This document shows, one piece after another, positions 1 through 9,000 of a stretch of 64,000 nt of DNA (within the stretch, counting starts at the first letter, position 1; each line of letters starts with the position of its first letter). The DNA is from Candidatus Multivoradales bacterium (GTDB lineage Bacteria; Acidobacteriota; Thermoanaerobaculia; Multivoradales; Multivoraceae), in contig CBDCWI010000002.1 in assembly GCA_965223325.1 (NCBI GenBank), positions 4,482,095 to 4,546,094 on the forward strand, read 5' to 3'. The notes under the pieces are model-generated. The model was not told the origin of the DNA, searched no databases, and saw only the letters and a program-made list of their open reading frames with translations. The position numbers and the translations under genes were made by a program.

Positions 1-73
1 GGGGCCGTAACAAGAGCGCAGATTCTCGGGAGGTACGACTACCAGTTCGCCAAACAACGGCAGCTTCCTCCCC

Positions 74-1068
74 ATGCGTTTCGCCAAGCCCAGGATCTAC
101 ACGCCCAACCGCGTCGTCGAAGTCACCACGCGCTGCCTCCAGTCGCGTTTCCTCCTGCGCCCGAGCAAAGAAGTCAACAACGAGATCATCGCCGGCTCGT
201 GCGCAGCGGCTCTACGGAGTGAGCGTCCACGCCTTCTGGTTCGGCTCAAACCACTGCCACCTCTTGCTGTCTGCCGCATCGCAGTGGCACATCTCGCGCC
301 TCATGGGTTTCACCAACGGAAACATCGCGAGACGAGTTGGCCGGTTGCAGCGTTGGCAGCGAGCGGTTCTGGTGTCGCCGCTACCAGGGCATCGAACTCA
401 CCGCGGAGCCTCAAGCGGCGTTCCAGCGCCTGCGCTACGTCATGGCGCAGGGCTGCAAAGAAGGGCTGATTGAATCGCCGCTTGACTGGCCCGGTGTGAC
501 GAGTGCTCGGGCTCTTGCCGACGGTTCGATGAAGCTCTCGGGCGTCTGGCTAGATCGCACCGGCTTGTACCACGAGCGCGTCCGCCGAGGAGTTATAGGC
601 CCGCGATCCAAACAGCTGAGCCGGAGCGAGCGTCGCGAGGCGAGTCGCAAGATCGACATCACCGAGTTCGAGACGGTCGAGGAGCTCACTCTCGAGCTTC
701 TGCCGCACTTTGCCGAGCTGAGCGCCGAGGCCTACCGCAAGATGCTCGTCTCGATGATCGAAGACATCGAGGAAGAGACAGGCCAACGCCTCGATCTCGA
801 AGGTGGGCGGAGCATGGGACGCGAGAAGATCCTCGCCCAGGACCCTCACGCCGCTCCGCGGCAGTCGAAGCGCAGTCCCGCCCCGGCCTGCCACGCCCAC
901 ACCCGGGAACAGCGCGTCGCGTTCATCGTCAACCGCTGGCATTTCGTTGTGGCGTACAGGAGGGCGGCGAGTAGGTTGCGTTCGGGTGAGGAGAACGTCG
1001 CGTTCCCGCGAGGTTGCTTTCCGCCGCGTGGCGCGTTCGTTCCGCACGCGGCTCGCGCTCCTGGATAG
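74..1068 (+). pseudogene. RAYT-like HUH/Y1 transposase, split over three frames (frameshifted or sequencing indels)
   Basis: ORF 74 (VVEVTTRCLQSRFLLRP), ORF 219 (HUH motif SNHCHLL) and ORF 337 (LRYVMAQGCKEGLIESPLDWPG ... FPRGCF) join into a paralogue of the intact 4509-5480 protein. Confidence 0.8.
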
Positions 1069-1348
1069 AAGGACTTCAGTGTTGCGTCTATTGGGACGGC
1101 GATCACGAGATCGCGGCGCGAGCTATGGCGCAGTCAACCGCGCAGCGGCTTGGACTGGCTTGGACGGTGGTTTGAGGTGTGATCGAGCCGCGTTGAGGGG
1201 GTGTGTGGAGCGGATCTGCTTGCGCATGTTCAGTATGGCCACGGGCTTGGCTCCGGGATCCGGCTCGTGAATCCCGGCATGCGCGTGAACCTCGCATGGC
1301 TGTGAAACATAGTTGCCTGCAACGTCTCGAGGCGAAGCCTCGGGGGGG

Positions 1349-1896
1349 GGACGAGACCCGGGCGCGCCACGAGAGGGGACTAGGCCTCGCGGTGCCTACA
1401 AGACGACACAGGTGAGTCCGATGCGCCGTCCGAGGAAGCTCGATTGGGGGCCGAGGCCTCGGGTCATCGCGTCGGACTCGTACGAGCGCAATCGGCTGCT
1501 TTCGGTGTTCGATGCAGTGAGGCGAGCGCATCGCGCGGCGCGCGATCTTCTGTGGGGTGGTGACCTGGAGGCGCGGTTTCCCCCCGGAACTTTCCCAAGC
1601 CCGCTGCCGTTTGTGGCCCTGGAAGTGCCTGGGCCGGGTGCACGCGACGGTCCCTGACGGCCCAGGCCACCGGCGAAGAGGTTGAGGGGGACGCACCGAT
1701 CGGTGTGTTGGCGGAGCTCCGTTTGTCGGGCGGAGTACCGACGTTCAGGAGTGGCGAAGGCGAGGTTTCTGCCTTCGTCACCGCCCTTCGAGGTCGGAGA
1801 AGAGGGCGATGGAGCGCGCGAAGGCTCGGCGCTTCGTCCAGTCCAGCGTTGCCGTCAAGACTTACCCCCGACCGTGCGCGGCATCGCCGCGCGATC
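1349..1896 (+). mobile_element. 3' remnant of the RAYT element (C-terminal coding part plus right end with REP-like repeat)
   Basis: Near-identical to ~5170-5725 (EGTRPRGAYKTTQVSPMRRPRKLDWGP...ARDGP stop 1657); ends in CTTACCCCCGACCGTGCGCGGCATCGCCGCGCGATC at 1896. Confidence 0.9.
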
Positions 1897-2165
1897 AAGA
1901 GTCGGTTCAGCCACGGGCTCTGCGCGCATGCCTCCAGAGCAATGCCTCTGCATGTGCGATCGGCGAAGAAGCGCCGCATGCGCTCTTGCGTCGTGGGAAT
2001 CTCGCAGCGCTCTACGACCGCGCCCTCTTCGGAGATCTCACAGATCGCACTGGTCTTCACATGGACGTCGATGCCAAAGTAACTCATGGTCGGTCTCCTT
2101 CCGTGCCTGTTACCGAGCTGACCACTTTGTCAGCTGCCTGGGAGGCCGACCGACTCATTTTATCT
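1893..2165 (-). pseudogene. IS110/IS1111-family transposase N-terminal fragment with its 5' leader
   Basis: MSYFGIDVH...CEI...IALEAC (DEDD RuvC-like start, ATG at 2087); leader hairpin GGTCGGTCTCC/GGAGGCCGACC at 2088-2151; truncated after ~65 codons at the REP end. Confidence 0.85.
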
Positions 2166-2170
2166 GGAAC

Positions 2171-2260
2171 GTCGCCGGAACGTCTCCGAGGCGAGTACAA
2201 TTATGTGGACGTGAGCGGCGGTTTTCGCTGTCTTCAATTCCATTGAATAACACGTTGGGC
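2171..2260 (+). other. attI-like integron attachment site 1
   Basis: Core G|TTGGGC at 2254-2260 is complementary to GCCCAAC closing cassette 1; no attC hairpin upstream; two 16-bp blocks identical to the inverted site at 8323-8380. Confidence 0.7.
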
Positions 2261-2287
2261 GTCACTTAACCGAACGAGGGAAGAGAC

Positions 2288-2881
2288 ATGAGGAAGGTTC
2301 AATCGATCACAGTAGCCGTGCTTCTTGCGCTTGCGGTGGTGCCACCGCCGGCAATAGGGCAAGATCTTCAGACGACAACTACTGATGGCGGCAGCGTCGT
2401 CACCGATCTCGGTTACAGCATTAAGATCAACGAGAAGTCGTCCTTACGGAGGACCCTCGTTGTCATCAATGATCCGAGTTGTCCCTTGCAGCTCTCGGAG
2501 GCCGGAATCAACATTGAGTACAACGACCGGAGCTACAGCTACAGGCCCACTGGAACAGCCACGGCACAAGGTGCGCTGTCTGCCATCGAGGTTCGATATC
2601 TACTGTTCGACATGTTCGGAAACCACTTCAAAACACTTTCGGCTACCAAGGCGGCTGATCTAGGTAGCGGCAGTGCGCTCCAGCTCAAGGAGATAGGCTC
2701 CTGGCGTGCGTGGGAAAATGAGGTTTCTGAACTGCTCACTATCGTTGCGTTCGTCGGCCACGTTCGCGATTCTGATGGATCCGTTTGGAGGCACAGAGCC
2801 GACCCCATAAACGACGAACTAAACAAGATTCGACTTCGAGTCACAACGGGGGACCTCGATCCGACCAAGGACGCGAGGTGA
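2288..2881 (+). CDS. Integron cassette 1: hypothetical secreted protein (197 aa)
   Basis: N-terminal signal peptide (MRKVQSITVAVLLALAVVPPPAIG); lower GC; bounded by GTTGGGCGTCAC and GTGAGGCCCAAC. Confidence 0.85.
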   Translation: MRKVQSITVAVLLALAVVPPPAIGQDLQTTTTDGGSVVTDLGYSIKINEKSSLRRTLVVINDPSCPLQLSEAGINIEYNDRSYSYRPTGTATAQGALSAIEVRYLLFDMFGNHFKTLSATKAADLGSGSALQLKEIGSWRAWENEVSELLTIVAFVGHVRDSDGSVWRHRADPINDELNKIRLRVTTGDLDPTKDAR

Positions 2882-2882
2882 G

Positions 2883-2966
2883 GCCCAACAAAGCGCCTCC
2901 ACTTGACTCGTGCCCGCGCTCGCTTCGCTCGCCCGGCCACGAGCAAGTGAGGCTCGCTCGTTAGGC
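2883..2966 (+). other. attC site 1
   Basis: R'' GCCCAAC, L'' GCCTCCAC and L' GTGAGGC (one extra C in the left arm), R' GTTAGGC; 84-bp imperfect palindrome with central GCTCGCTTCGCTCGC. Confidence 0.92.
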
Positions 2967-2988
2967 CTCCAGGCAACGAGATCAATTC

Positions 2989-4230
2989 ATGAGTAGATGG
3001 TCAGAGAGATTCGAGGAGCATGATCTGCATTCTCGATTGGACGATCTTTCAAGTCGGATCGGAACGCTGTTGGAGAGCGACGACGCCGAAACCGAAGACA
3101 TTGTGGAACTTCAACGTCTGGAACAGTGTGCTGACTATCTCAGGAGGCTAGTGCGATCTGTTGACCCAGTGTTGGTTCCGTTGAGCGCTCTCAACAACTT
3201 TCAAAGCCACGTCAATCAAGCCGTTGGCCAGGTCAGCACGTTCGTGCAGAACCGAGAAATCGCACAACTGGTCGCGGCCAACAATTCCATGGATGCAGCG
3301 CTAATGCTTGCCTCCAACGTCCCTACGCTCCTAGCGGACGTCGATGTCGAGGCTACATCCGAAGCTTTGTCGAGCCTGCGCCGATTAATCGGCCAACACG
3401 CTCGCTACATGACCGAAGAGAAGGGAACCCTAGATCAGGCTTTTGAGAGTTCGCGGTCACGCGTAGCTGAACTCACAGCGGCACTTGAAGCCGAAAAGAC
3501 TCGAATAGATGGGTTAGCCGCAGGTCTTCAAGCTCAGTTCTCTGAGGCGCAGGAGCGACGAAGCGTTTCCTTCGAAGAGGCCCAATCGGAAAGAGCTGAA
3601 GAGTCCGCTACCGCTCTGCAGGAGTCAACCGAAGCTTTTGACGGTGAACTCGAGAACGCCGCCGGAAAGCTAGAAGCCAAGATGAAGAGCCTTACCGCGG
3701 CCGGAAACGAGGCCTTGGAGGTTCTAGACGGCCACAAGACCAAAGCGCAAGAGCTGGTCTATGTGATTTCTAACACCGGAATGGTTGGTGGCTATCAGAC
3801 CACCGCAAACTCTCATCGAAATGGCGCGAGGCTTTGGAGCTTCGCCGCTGCCGCCGGTTTCGCAGGTCTCGTAGGTTTCGCGATATACGCGACGAACGCT
3901 TTGGCTGGCGAAGATCTTGGCTGGGCCATGGCTGGCGGACGGGCCTTCGTCGCGTTGTCATTCGGTGTCTTTGGTGCCTACGCAGCGAAGCAAGCGGATC
4001 GGCATGTAACCTCTGAGAAGTTCCACCGCAGCCAAGAGCTGTCGCTAGCCTCTATCGATCCCTACCTTTCGTCGCTTTCGCCAGAAGAACAGAACGAAAT
4101 CAAGAAGGAACTAGCACGCCGAATGTTTGCGCCACGAGAAGAGCATTCCCACCAGAAGCGAACGAAGGGCACAAGCTCAGATAGCGTTAGCCTTGCCTTA
4201 GAAATCATTTCAGACCTTTTGAAGAAGTGA
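2989..4230 (+). CDS. Integron cassette 2: coiled-coil protein with two C-proximal transmembrane helices (413 aa)
   Basis: Long helical E/A/L-rich region, two hydrophobic segments (LWSFAAAAGFAGLVGFAIYA, AFVALSFGVFGAYAA); cassette ends GTTAGGCCTCC and GGAGGCCTAAC are perfectly complementary. Confidence 0.85.
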   Translation: MSRWSERFEEHDLHSRLDDLSSRIGTLLESDDAETEDIVELQRLEQCADYLRRLVRSVDPVLVPLSALNNFQSHVNQAVGQVSTFVQNREIAQLVAANNSMDAALMLASNVPTLLADVDVEATSEALSSLRRLIGQHARYMTEEKGTLDQAFESSRSRVAELTAALEAEKTRIDGLAAGLQAQFSEAQERRSVSFEEAQSERAEESATALQESTEAFDGELENAAGKLEAKMKSLTAAGNEALEVLDGHKTKAQELVYVISNTGMVGGYQTTANSHRNGARLWSFAAAAGFAGLVGFAIYATNALAGEDLGWAMAGGRAFVALSFGVFGAYAAKQADRHVTSEKFHRSQELSLASIDPYLSSLSPEEQNEIKKELARRMFAPREEHSHQKRTKGTSSDSVSLALEIISDLLKK

Positions 4231-4249
4231 TCGGTTTCGGTATCGGGAG

Positions 4250-4325
4250 GCCTAACAGATCGGCTGCACGCGGCCGTCAACCTGTGCTCGCTTCGCTCGC
4301 GGCGGTTGCCGCCGGTGAGCCGATG
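4250..4325 (+). other. attC site 2, truncated (R' missing)
   Basis: R'' GCCTAAC, L'' GGCTGCAC, central GCTCGCTTCGCTCGC, L' GTGAGCC, then the RAYT element begins where GTTRRRY should be. Confidence 0.85.
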
Positions 4326-5725
4326 GATCGCGCGGCGATGCCGCGCACAGTCGGGGGTAAGTTTTGAGTCGAAGTCGTGGCGCAGGACCGGGACTCGCCA
4401 CCGGCCCAACGTGTAGCCCGATTCACAAGATGACAGTTGGTCGATGGCGAGGGTCATCCGCTAGGATTCGGCTCCCTGCAAGGCATCGATGGTTCCGTGC
4501 GATGAGTCATGGCCCATCAACTGAGGTATGTCCCCACCGACGGAAGCGGTTGGGGAGTCGTCGAAGTGACGGTGCGCATCGTCAACGGGTTCTTCCTGTT
4601 GGCGCCATCGTCACACCTACGCGAACTGCTGATCGGGATCATCGGTCGCGCGCAGCGAAAGACCGAAATCCGGATCTACGCCCTGGACTACCAGGTCAAT
4701 CATGCTCACCTTCTGCTGGGCGCTCGCGACGCCCAGCAGCTGGCCGATTTCATGCGGCGCATTCAGCACCAGACGAGTGTGGAACTGCGGATCCTGCGCG
4801 GGTGGAAGGGTCCGAAATGGGAAGGGCCGTACAAGACGTCGTTTCCCGGTCACGCGAAGAAGGACCTCTGCCGTCGTTTCCGCTACATCCTTGCCCAGGG
4901 CTGCAAGGCGGGGTTGGTGTCTTCACCGCGCAAGTGGCCAGGCGTGTCGGTGGGGGAGGCGTTGTGGTCAGGGACCTTCGAGCTCGAGGGCACCTGGGTC
5001 GATCGTTCAGCGCTGCGTCGTGCCCGTTTCTCGAAGGCCGGTCGTCGTTTGAGCGAAAAGGACTTCTCGAGCCGCGAGACGGTCGTGTTATCGAAGCTTC
5101 CGTGCCTCGAGGACCTCCCTGACGAGGAGTACTTCGACTGGGCCCGCGGGATGATTGTAGAGATCGAGGACGAGACCCGGGTGCGCCACAAACGGGAGGG
5201 AACGAGGCCTCGCGGCGCCTACAAGACAACGCAGGTGAGTCCGATGCGCCGTCCGAGGAAGCTCGATTGGGGGCCGAGGCCTCGGGTCATCGCGTCGGAC
5301 TCGTTCGAGCGCAATCGGCTGCTTTCGGTTTTCGATGCAGTGAGGCGAGCGCATCGCGCGGTGCGCGATCTTCTGTGGAGTGGTGACCTGGAGGCGAAGT
5401 TCCCGCCTGGCACTTTTCCAAGCCCGCTGCCGTTTGTGGCCCTGGAAGTGGCTGGGCCGGGTGCACGCGACGGTCCCTGAGTCCAGGCCGCCGACGAAGA
5501 GGTTGACGAGGTTGAGGGCGACGCGCCTACTGGGCGATGGCGGAGCTGCGTCTGCCGGACGGCGTACCGAGGTTCAGGACTGGCGAAAGCGAGGTTTCTG
5601 GCCCCGCGACCACCGATCGACGTCGGAGAGGGGGGCGATGGACTTTGCGCAGACTCGGCGCATTGCCCAAAACGGTGTTGCCGTGAAAACTTACCCCCGA
5701 CCGTGCGCGGCATCGCCGCGCGATC
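4326..5725 (+). mobile_element. Complete 1400-bp RAYT-like element bounded by 40-bp inverted REP-like ends
   Basis: 4326-4365 GATCGCGCGGCGATGCCGCGCACAGTCGGGGGTAAGTTTT matches the reverse complement of 5686-5725 at 39/40; each end has the hairpin GCGCGGC-N3-GCCGCGC. Confidence 0.88.
4509..5480 (+). CDS. RAYT-like HUH/Y1 tyrosine transposase (323 aa)
   Basis: HUH motif VNHAHLLL; Tyr motif RYILAQGCKAGLVSSPRKWPG (resembles RAYT YIxxNPVKAGLVxxPxDW); C-terminal FPPGTF. Confidence 0.88.
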   Translation: MAHQLRYVPTDGSGWGVVEVTVRIVNGFFLLAPSSHLRELLIGIIGRAQRKTEIRIYALDYQVNHAHLLLGARDAQQLADFMRRIQHQTSVELRILRGWKGPKWEGPYKTSFPGHAKKDLCRRFRYILAQGCKAGLVSSPRKWPGVSVGEALWSGTFELEGTWVDRSALRRARFSKAGRRLSEKDFSSRETVVLSKLPCLEDLPDEEYFDWARGMIVEIEDETRVRHKREGTRPRGAYKTTQVSPMRRPRKLDWGPRPRVIASDSFERNRLLSVFDAVRRAHRAVRDLLWSGDLEAKFPPGTFPSPLPFVALEVAGPGARDGP

Positions 5726-5806
5726 TATCGGTTGGCAGGTCCGCGCCGGAATCGCGACGTACTGGGCACGAACGGCTCTACCCGCTGCCTGGGCGGCGCC
5801 TGCGCA

Positions 5807-5890
5807 GTACAACGGACGAGAATCACGCGCTCGTGCCCGTGCGAGCGAAGCGAGCCACGGGTACGAGTCGCGTGGATTCGGTTGTTATGA
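5807..5890 (-). other. attC site 3 (minus orientation)
   Basis: Minus strand reads TCATAAC-aaccg-AATCCAC...GCTCGCTTCGCTCGC...GTGATTC-tcgtcc-GTTGTAC; the extra C and the central motif both fix its orientation as opposite to attC1 and attC2. Confidence 0.88.
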
Positions 5891-6958
5891 GGCGGGGCGT
5901 TTCGTAGCATTGGAGCATGGCGACCACCCTTATTGTAGGCGCGGGCGGTTCCCTTGCCCAAGGCTACAGCTACCGGCCGAAGCAGACGCGAGAGCACCCG
6001 CCGCTAGACGGCAATTTCTTCGAGCGCGCCCGCTCGCTCTCTAGGCACGCGGGCGTCCAGCGCCACCTAAGGCGGCTGAGCAAGGCGGTCAGCCAACACG
6101 GCGGACTTCCAGATCCAGTTCAAGGCGATCCCTTGCTTGAGCAGTTCTTTGCAGACGTCTACTACGAAGTCGCCTCCATGCGCTCGTCTAGAGCGTTCCC
6201 GGTTTTCGTTGAGCTCCTTCACCTCTACGTTGTAACGATCGCCGCGACAACGAACTGGATCGGACTCAATCGTCGGATCGGAGTGATTGGGCGGCTCATG
6301 CGCCTTTTGAAGGCCCAGGATCCGGACCTGACAGTCGTCACGTTCAATCACGACCTGGTGCTTGAGAATGCAGCGCTTCGGATGCCCGGTGGACGGGACG
6401 GTTGGTGCCTGCAAAGCCTCTACGGAGAACCAGACGTCCGGACTCTAAACACGGAGGGCGAAGAGAAGTTTCGCTATCACCGTGACGACTGCCTACACGA
6501 GCCACCCTTCCGGCTTCTGAAGCTCCACGGATCACTGAACTGGGGGGTCCGAAGCCTGAAGAAGGACCCGGCAATGGGAACGCTTTTCCCTACGAAGCAA
6601 CGCCAGATCTTCATGCACGATACCCGCTACGCTTTCTCTGCGGGAAAGATGAGTGGGGGGTCAGGCGGAGGGCGAAAGAGCTGGTACTTCTGGCCACTGA
6701 TCGTACCGCCGATCTACGACAAGTCGCGCGTCACAGGAATGGCTGTGCTGAACGGGCTGTGGGGGCAGGCCAGCGAAGCGATTCGGTCATCCGAACGCCT
6801 CGTCCTGTTTGGTTACTCACTCCCTGATGCAGACGTCCTTGCAGCTCAGATGCTCAGGCACGCTTTCCGTGCCAATCAGAACCTTGAGAGGGTTGATTGC
6901 ATCAACCCTGACGCTGCGATTGCGAATAAGCTCAAGTCGCGACTCGACTGTTTCGTAG

Positions 6959-8259
6959 GGCTCTTCAGGAATCGTGGTGGGCAAGTGCATGGGGCCTTAG
7001 GTCGAGCCCGCCGAGGTGGAAGTAGATATCGATGCGGAATCGGTCGCGGTTTCTGTAGCCTCGTGCTGATCGCTTGAGCCACTGGATCTTGGTGTTGAAG
7101 CCCTCGACCTTGGCGTTGGTGACGCCGAGCGCGATGGCGTTCAGGACCCCTTCGAGGTGACGCTGGATCATGCGTGCGACTCGCTTCATCGGGGCTAGGC
7201 GTGAACGAATCGCCCACGAGTACCACCGGTCGAAGAAGCGGCGCGCAGACTCGCGATCGGCAAGGTCCCAGATCTCCATCAGCATTTCCTTGAGGCGCCA
7301 GGCTCGAGCTGTCCGAAGCGAGCGACGAAGCAAGGAGTCGAAGTCGAGCAGGCGCGACTCCGAGGTTCGCTCGGCCAGCTTTTCGGGGTGGTACAGCCAG
7401 AGGTACTTCGTCCCCTTGAGACTCTCGTCGCCCGACTCGAGCAGCTGCCGGTTCTCCTCGCGACGGACCTTGTCCACGGCCTGGCCGAGGTGCATCGCCA
7501 CATGAAACTTGTCGAAGGCGATCTTCGATGCGCCGCCAGGCACACGCTCCAACGTCGTCTGGATGAAGGGCCGCCACATGTCCATCGTGATGCTGCGAAC
7601 CTGTTGCAGCTCAGCCACTTCGAAGCACTCGAAGTACGAAGACAGGGACTCCTTCCCACGGCCGTCGCTCACCCAGTGGATCACGTTCGCCTGCGTGTCT
7701 GCGACCACCGTCACGTACTCGTGACGCTTCTGGAAAGACGTCTCGTCGACACCGATGTCTTCGGGCACCGCGAGTTCCCTGCGGGCCAGACCACGGGCCA
7801 CCGCTCGCTGCTTGATCCCGTCGACCTCGTCCCACGTCAAGCCAAGAAGTCTGGACACGGCCGACGTGTTCGCAGCCTGCAGCCAGTCGATCACCAGCGC
7901 TTCGAACAGAGCCGTGAACCCCGAACCCGGATCGGACCAGGGCACCTGGATCGTCTTCACTCCGTGCTCCTTGCACCGCACTCGAGGAACCCGAGCGACG
8001 AGGATCGTCTGGAACTGGCAGGTGTCGAGGTGACGCCAACGCCGCTCGCGATGGTCGTGGACCGTCACCGACCCTTCGCAGGCGGGACAGCGAAGACCCT
8101 CACCACCGTGATCAACATAAACCTCGACCTTCGTCGAGGCCTCCTCCAACACCACATCGCTCACACGCCAAGGACGAGTGAGGCCGAGAATCCGACCGTA
8201 CAGTTCCGTGTCACGCATGGCCCGAAGGCTACGCCACCCACCTCAGATCCTGAAGAGCC
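6959..8259 (-). mobile_element. ISL3-family insertion sequence (1301 bp)
   Basis: Terminal IR GGCTCTTCAGGA / TCCTGAAGAGCC; 8-bp target duplication TTTCGTAG at 6951-6958 and 8260-8267. Confidence 0.96.
6965..8218 (-). CDS. ISL3-family transposase (417 aa)
   Basis: zf-ISL3 CPAC...WRHLD...RVRCKEHG; IGVDE, TMDMW, AFDKFH, TNAKVEGFN motifs. Confidence 0.96.
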   Translation of the reverse strand: MRDTELYGRILGLTRPWRVSDVVLEEASTKVEVYVDHGGEGLRCPACEGSVTVHDHRERRWRHLDTCQFQTILVARVPRVRCKEHGVKTIQVPWSDPGSGFTALFEALVIDWLQAANTSAVSRLLGLTWDEVDGIKQRAVARGLARRELAVPEDIGVDETSFQKRHEYVTVVADTQANVIHWVSDGRGKESLSSYFECFEVAELQQVRSITMDMWRPFIQTTLERVPGGASKIAFDKFHVAMHLGQAVDKVRREENRQLLESGDESLKGTKYLWLYHPEKLAERTSESRLLDFDSLLRRSLRTARAWRLKEMLMEIWDLADRESARRFFDRWYSWAIRSRLAPMKRVARMIQRHLEGVLNAIALGVTNAKVEGFNTKIQWLKRSARGYRNRDRFRIDIYFHLGGLDLRPHALAHHDS

Positions 8260-8312
8260 TTTCGTAGTTTCCCTTTATCACGACGTCGAGAGTTTTCTCC
8301 GTCACCACGAAG

Positions 8313-8400
8313 CCTCATAACAGTGTTATTCAATGGAACAAACACAGCGAACACCGCTGCTCTCGTCCACATAATTGTACCGCTGGCGCCCGGCGACGAT
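8313..8400 (-). other. attI-like integron attachment site 2 (minus orientation)
   Basis: Minus strand GTACAATTATGTGGAC...TTCCATTGAATAACACT-G|TTATGAGG, homologous to 2195-2260; core complementary to the CCTCATAAC end of attC3. Confidence 0.7.
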
Positions 8401-8741
8401 CCCTCGGGAGCCCGGCGGCGTTGCCCTTCGGGTCTTGGGTCTGAGATTCCGGCGATTGGAAAGGCGGACCATCTCGTCGGCCTTTCCTGGAAGGAGGTCT
8501 GAAAGGCGGCGCGCTGGCGCGGTGTAGTTCGCGCGCGCCCCAGCGCGGGCCGCGGAATCCTGGGCGTTTGTTGATTGGGTGGCTGGGTAAACGTGGAGCA
8601 TGAGTTCCACATAACCCAACCCGGCTCGCGAAGGGGATCGGGCTCCGGCTTCCCTGGGAGGGCCGCCGCGACTGAGGGCTTGCGGCCTCGTAGGGCCCGC
8701 TTCTCGTTGACAGGCACGCACGCGAACGCCCACGTGGCTCG

Positions 8742-9000
8742 GGCCCGCGCGGCGATGCCGCCCACAGTCGGGGGCAAGTTTTGAGCCGAAGTTGTGGCGC
8801 AGTGCGACGCCTCGCGACCCTCGCCGGGCACGGAGTTCGGTTCGCTGGCTTTGGCCACCGGTGTTCGGAAAGGATGAAGATCTCGGCCGCCCGATCGCTG
8901 GCTCAGAGGAGGGCGATCCCGCGCGCGGAGGCTCGGACCCTCGTCCGGCACGGCGTTGCCGTCACCTACTTCCGGCCGTGGGCGGCAGCGCCGCGCGATG
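8742..9000. mobile_element. Non-autonomous ~260-bp MITE/REPIN derivative of the RAYT element
   Basis: Left part resembles 4326-4400 and right part resembles 1760-1896 and 5590-5725; no transposase between them. Confidence 0.8.

Larger units (their letters stand above)
5917..8320 (+). pseudogene. SIR2-like (SIR2_2) protein cassette gene interrupted near its 3' end by ISL3
   Basis: Motifs LIVGAGGS, TFNHD, LLKLHGSLNW, LIVPP, FGYSLPDAD, INPD; joining 5917-6958 to 8268-8320 restores a 364-aa ORF ending FVVSLYHDVESFLRHHEAS. Confidence 0.88.

Noticed and set aside
5807-8321. SIR2 cassette as the third member of the plus-strand array
   Set aside because: The extra-helical base and central motif show attC3 is in minus orientation, so the cassette belongs to the attI2 array
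1857-9000. Recurrent 40-bp hairpin repeat as a CRISPR array
   Set aside because: Copies are dispersed, in both orientations, without regular spacers, and no cas genes are present
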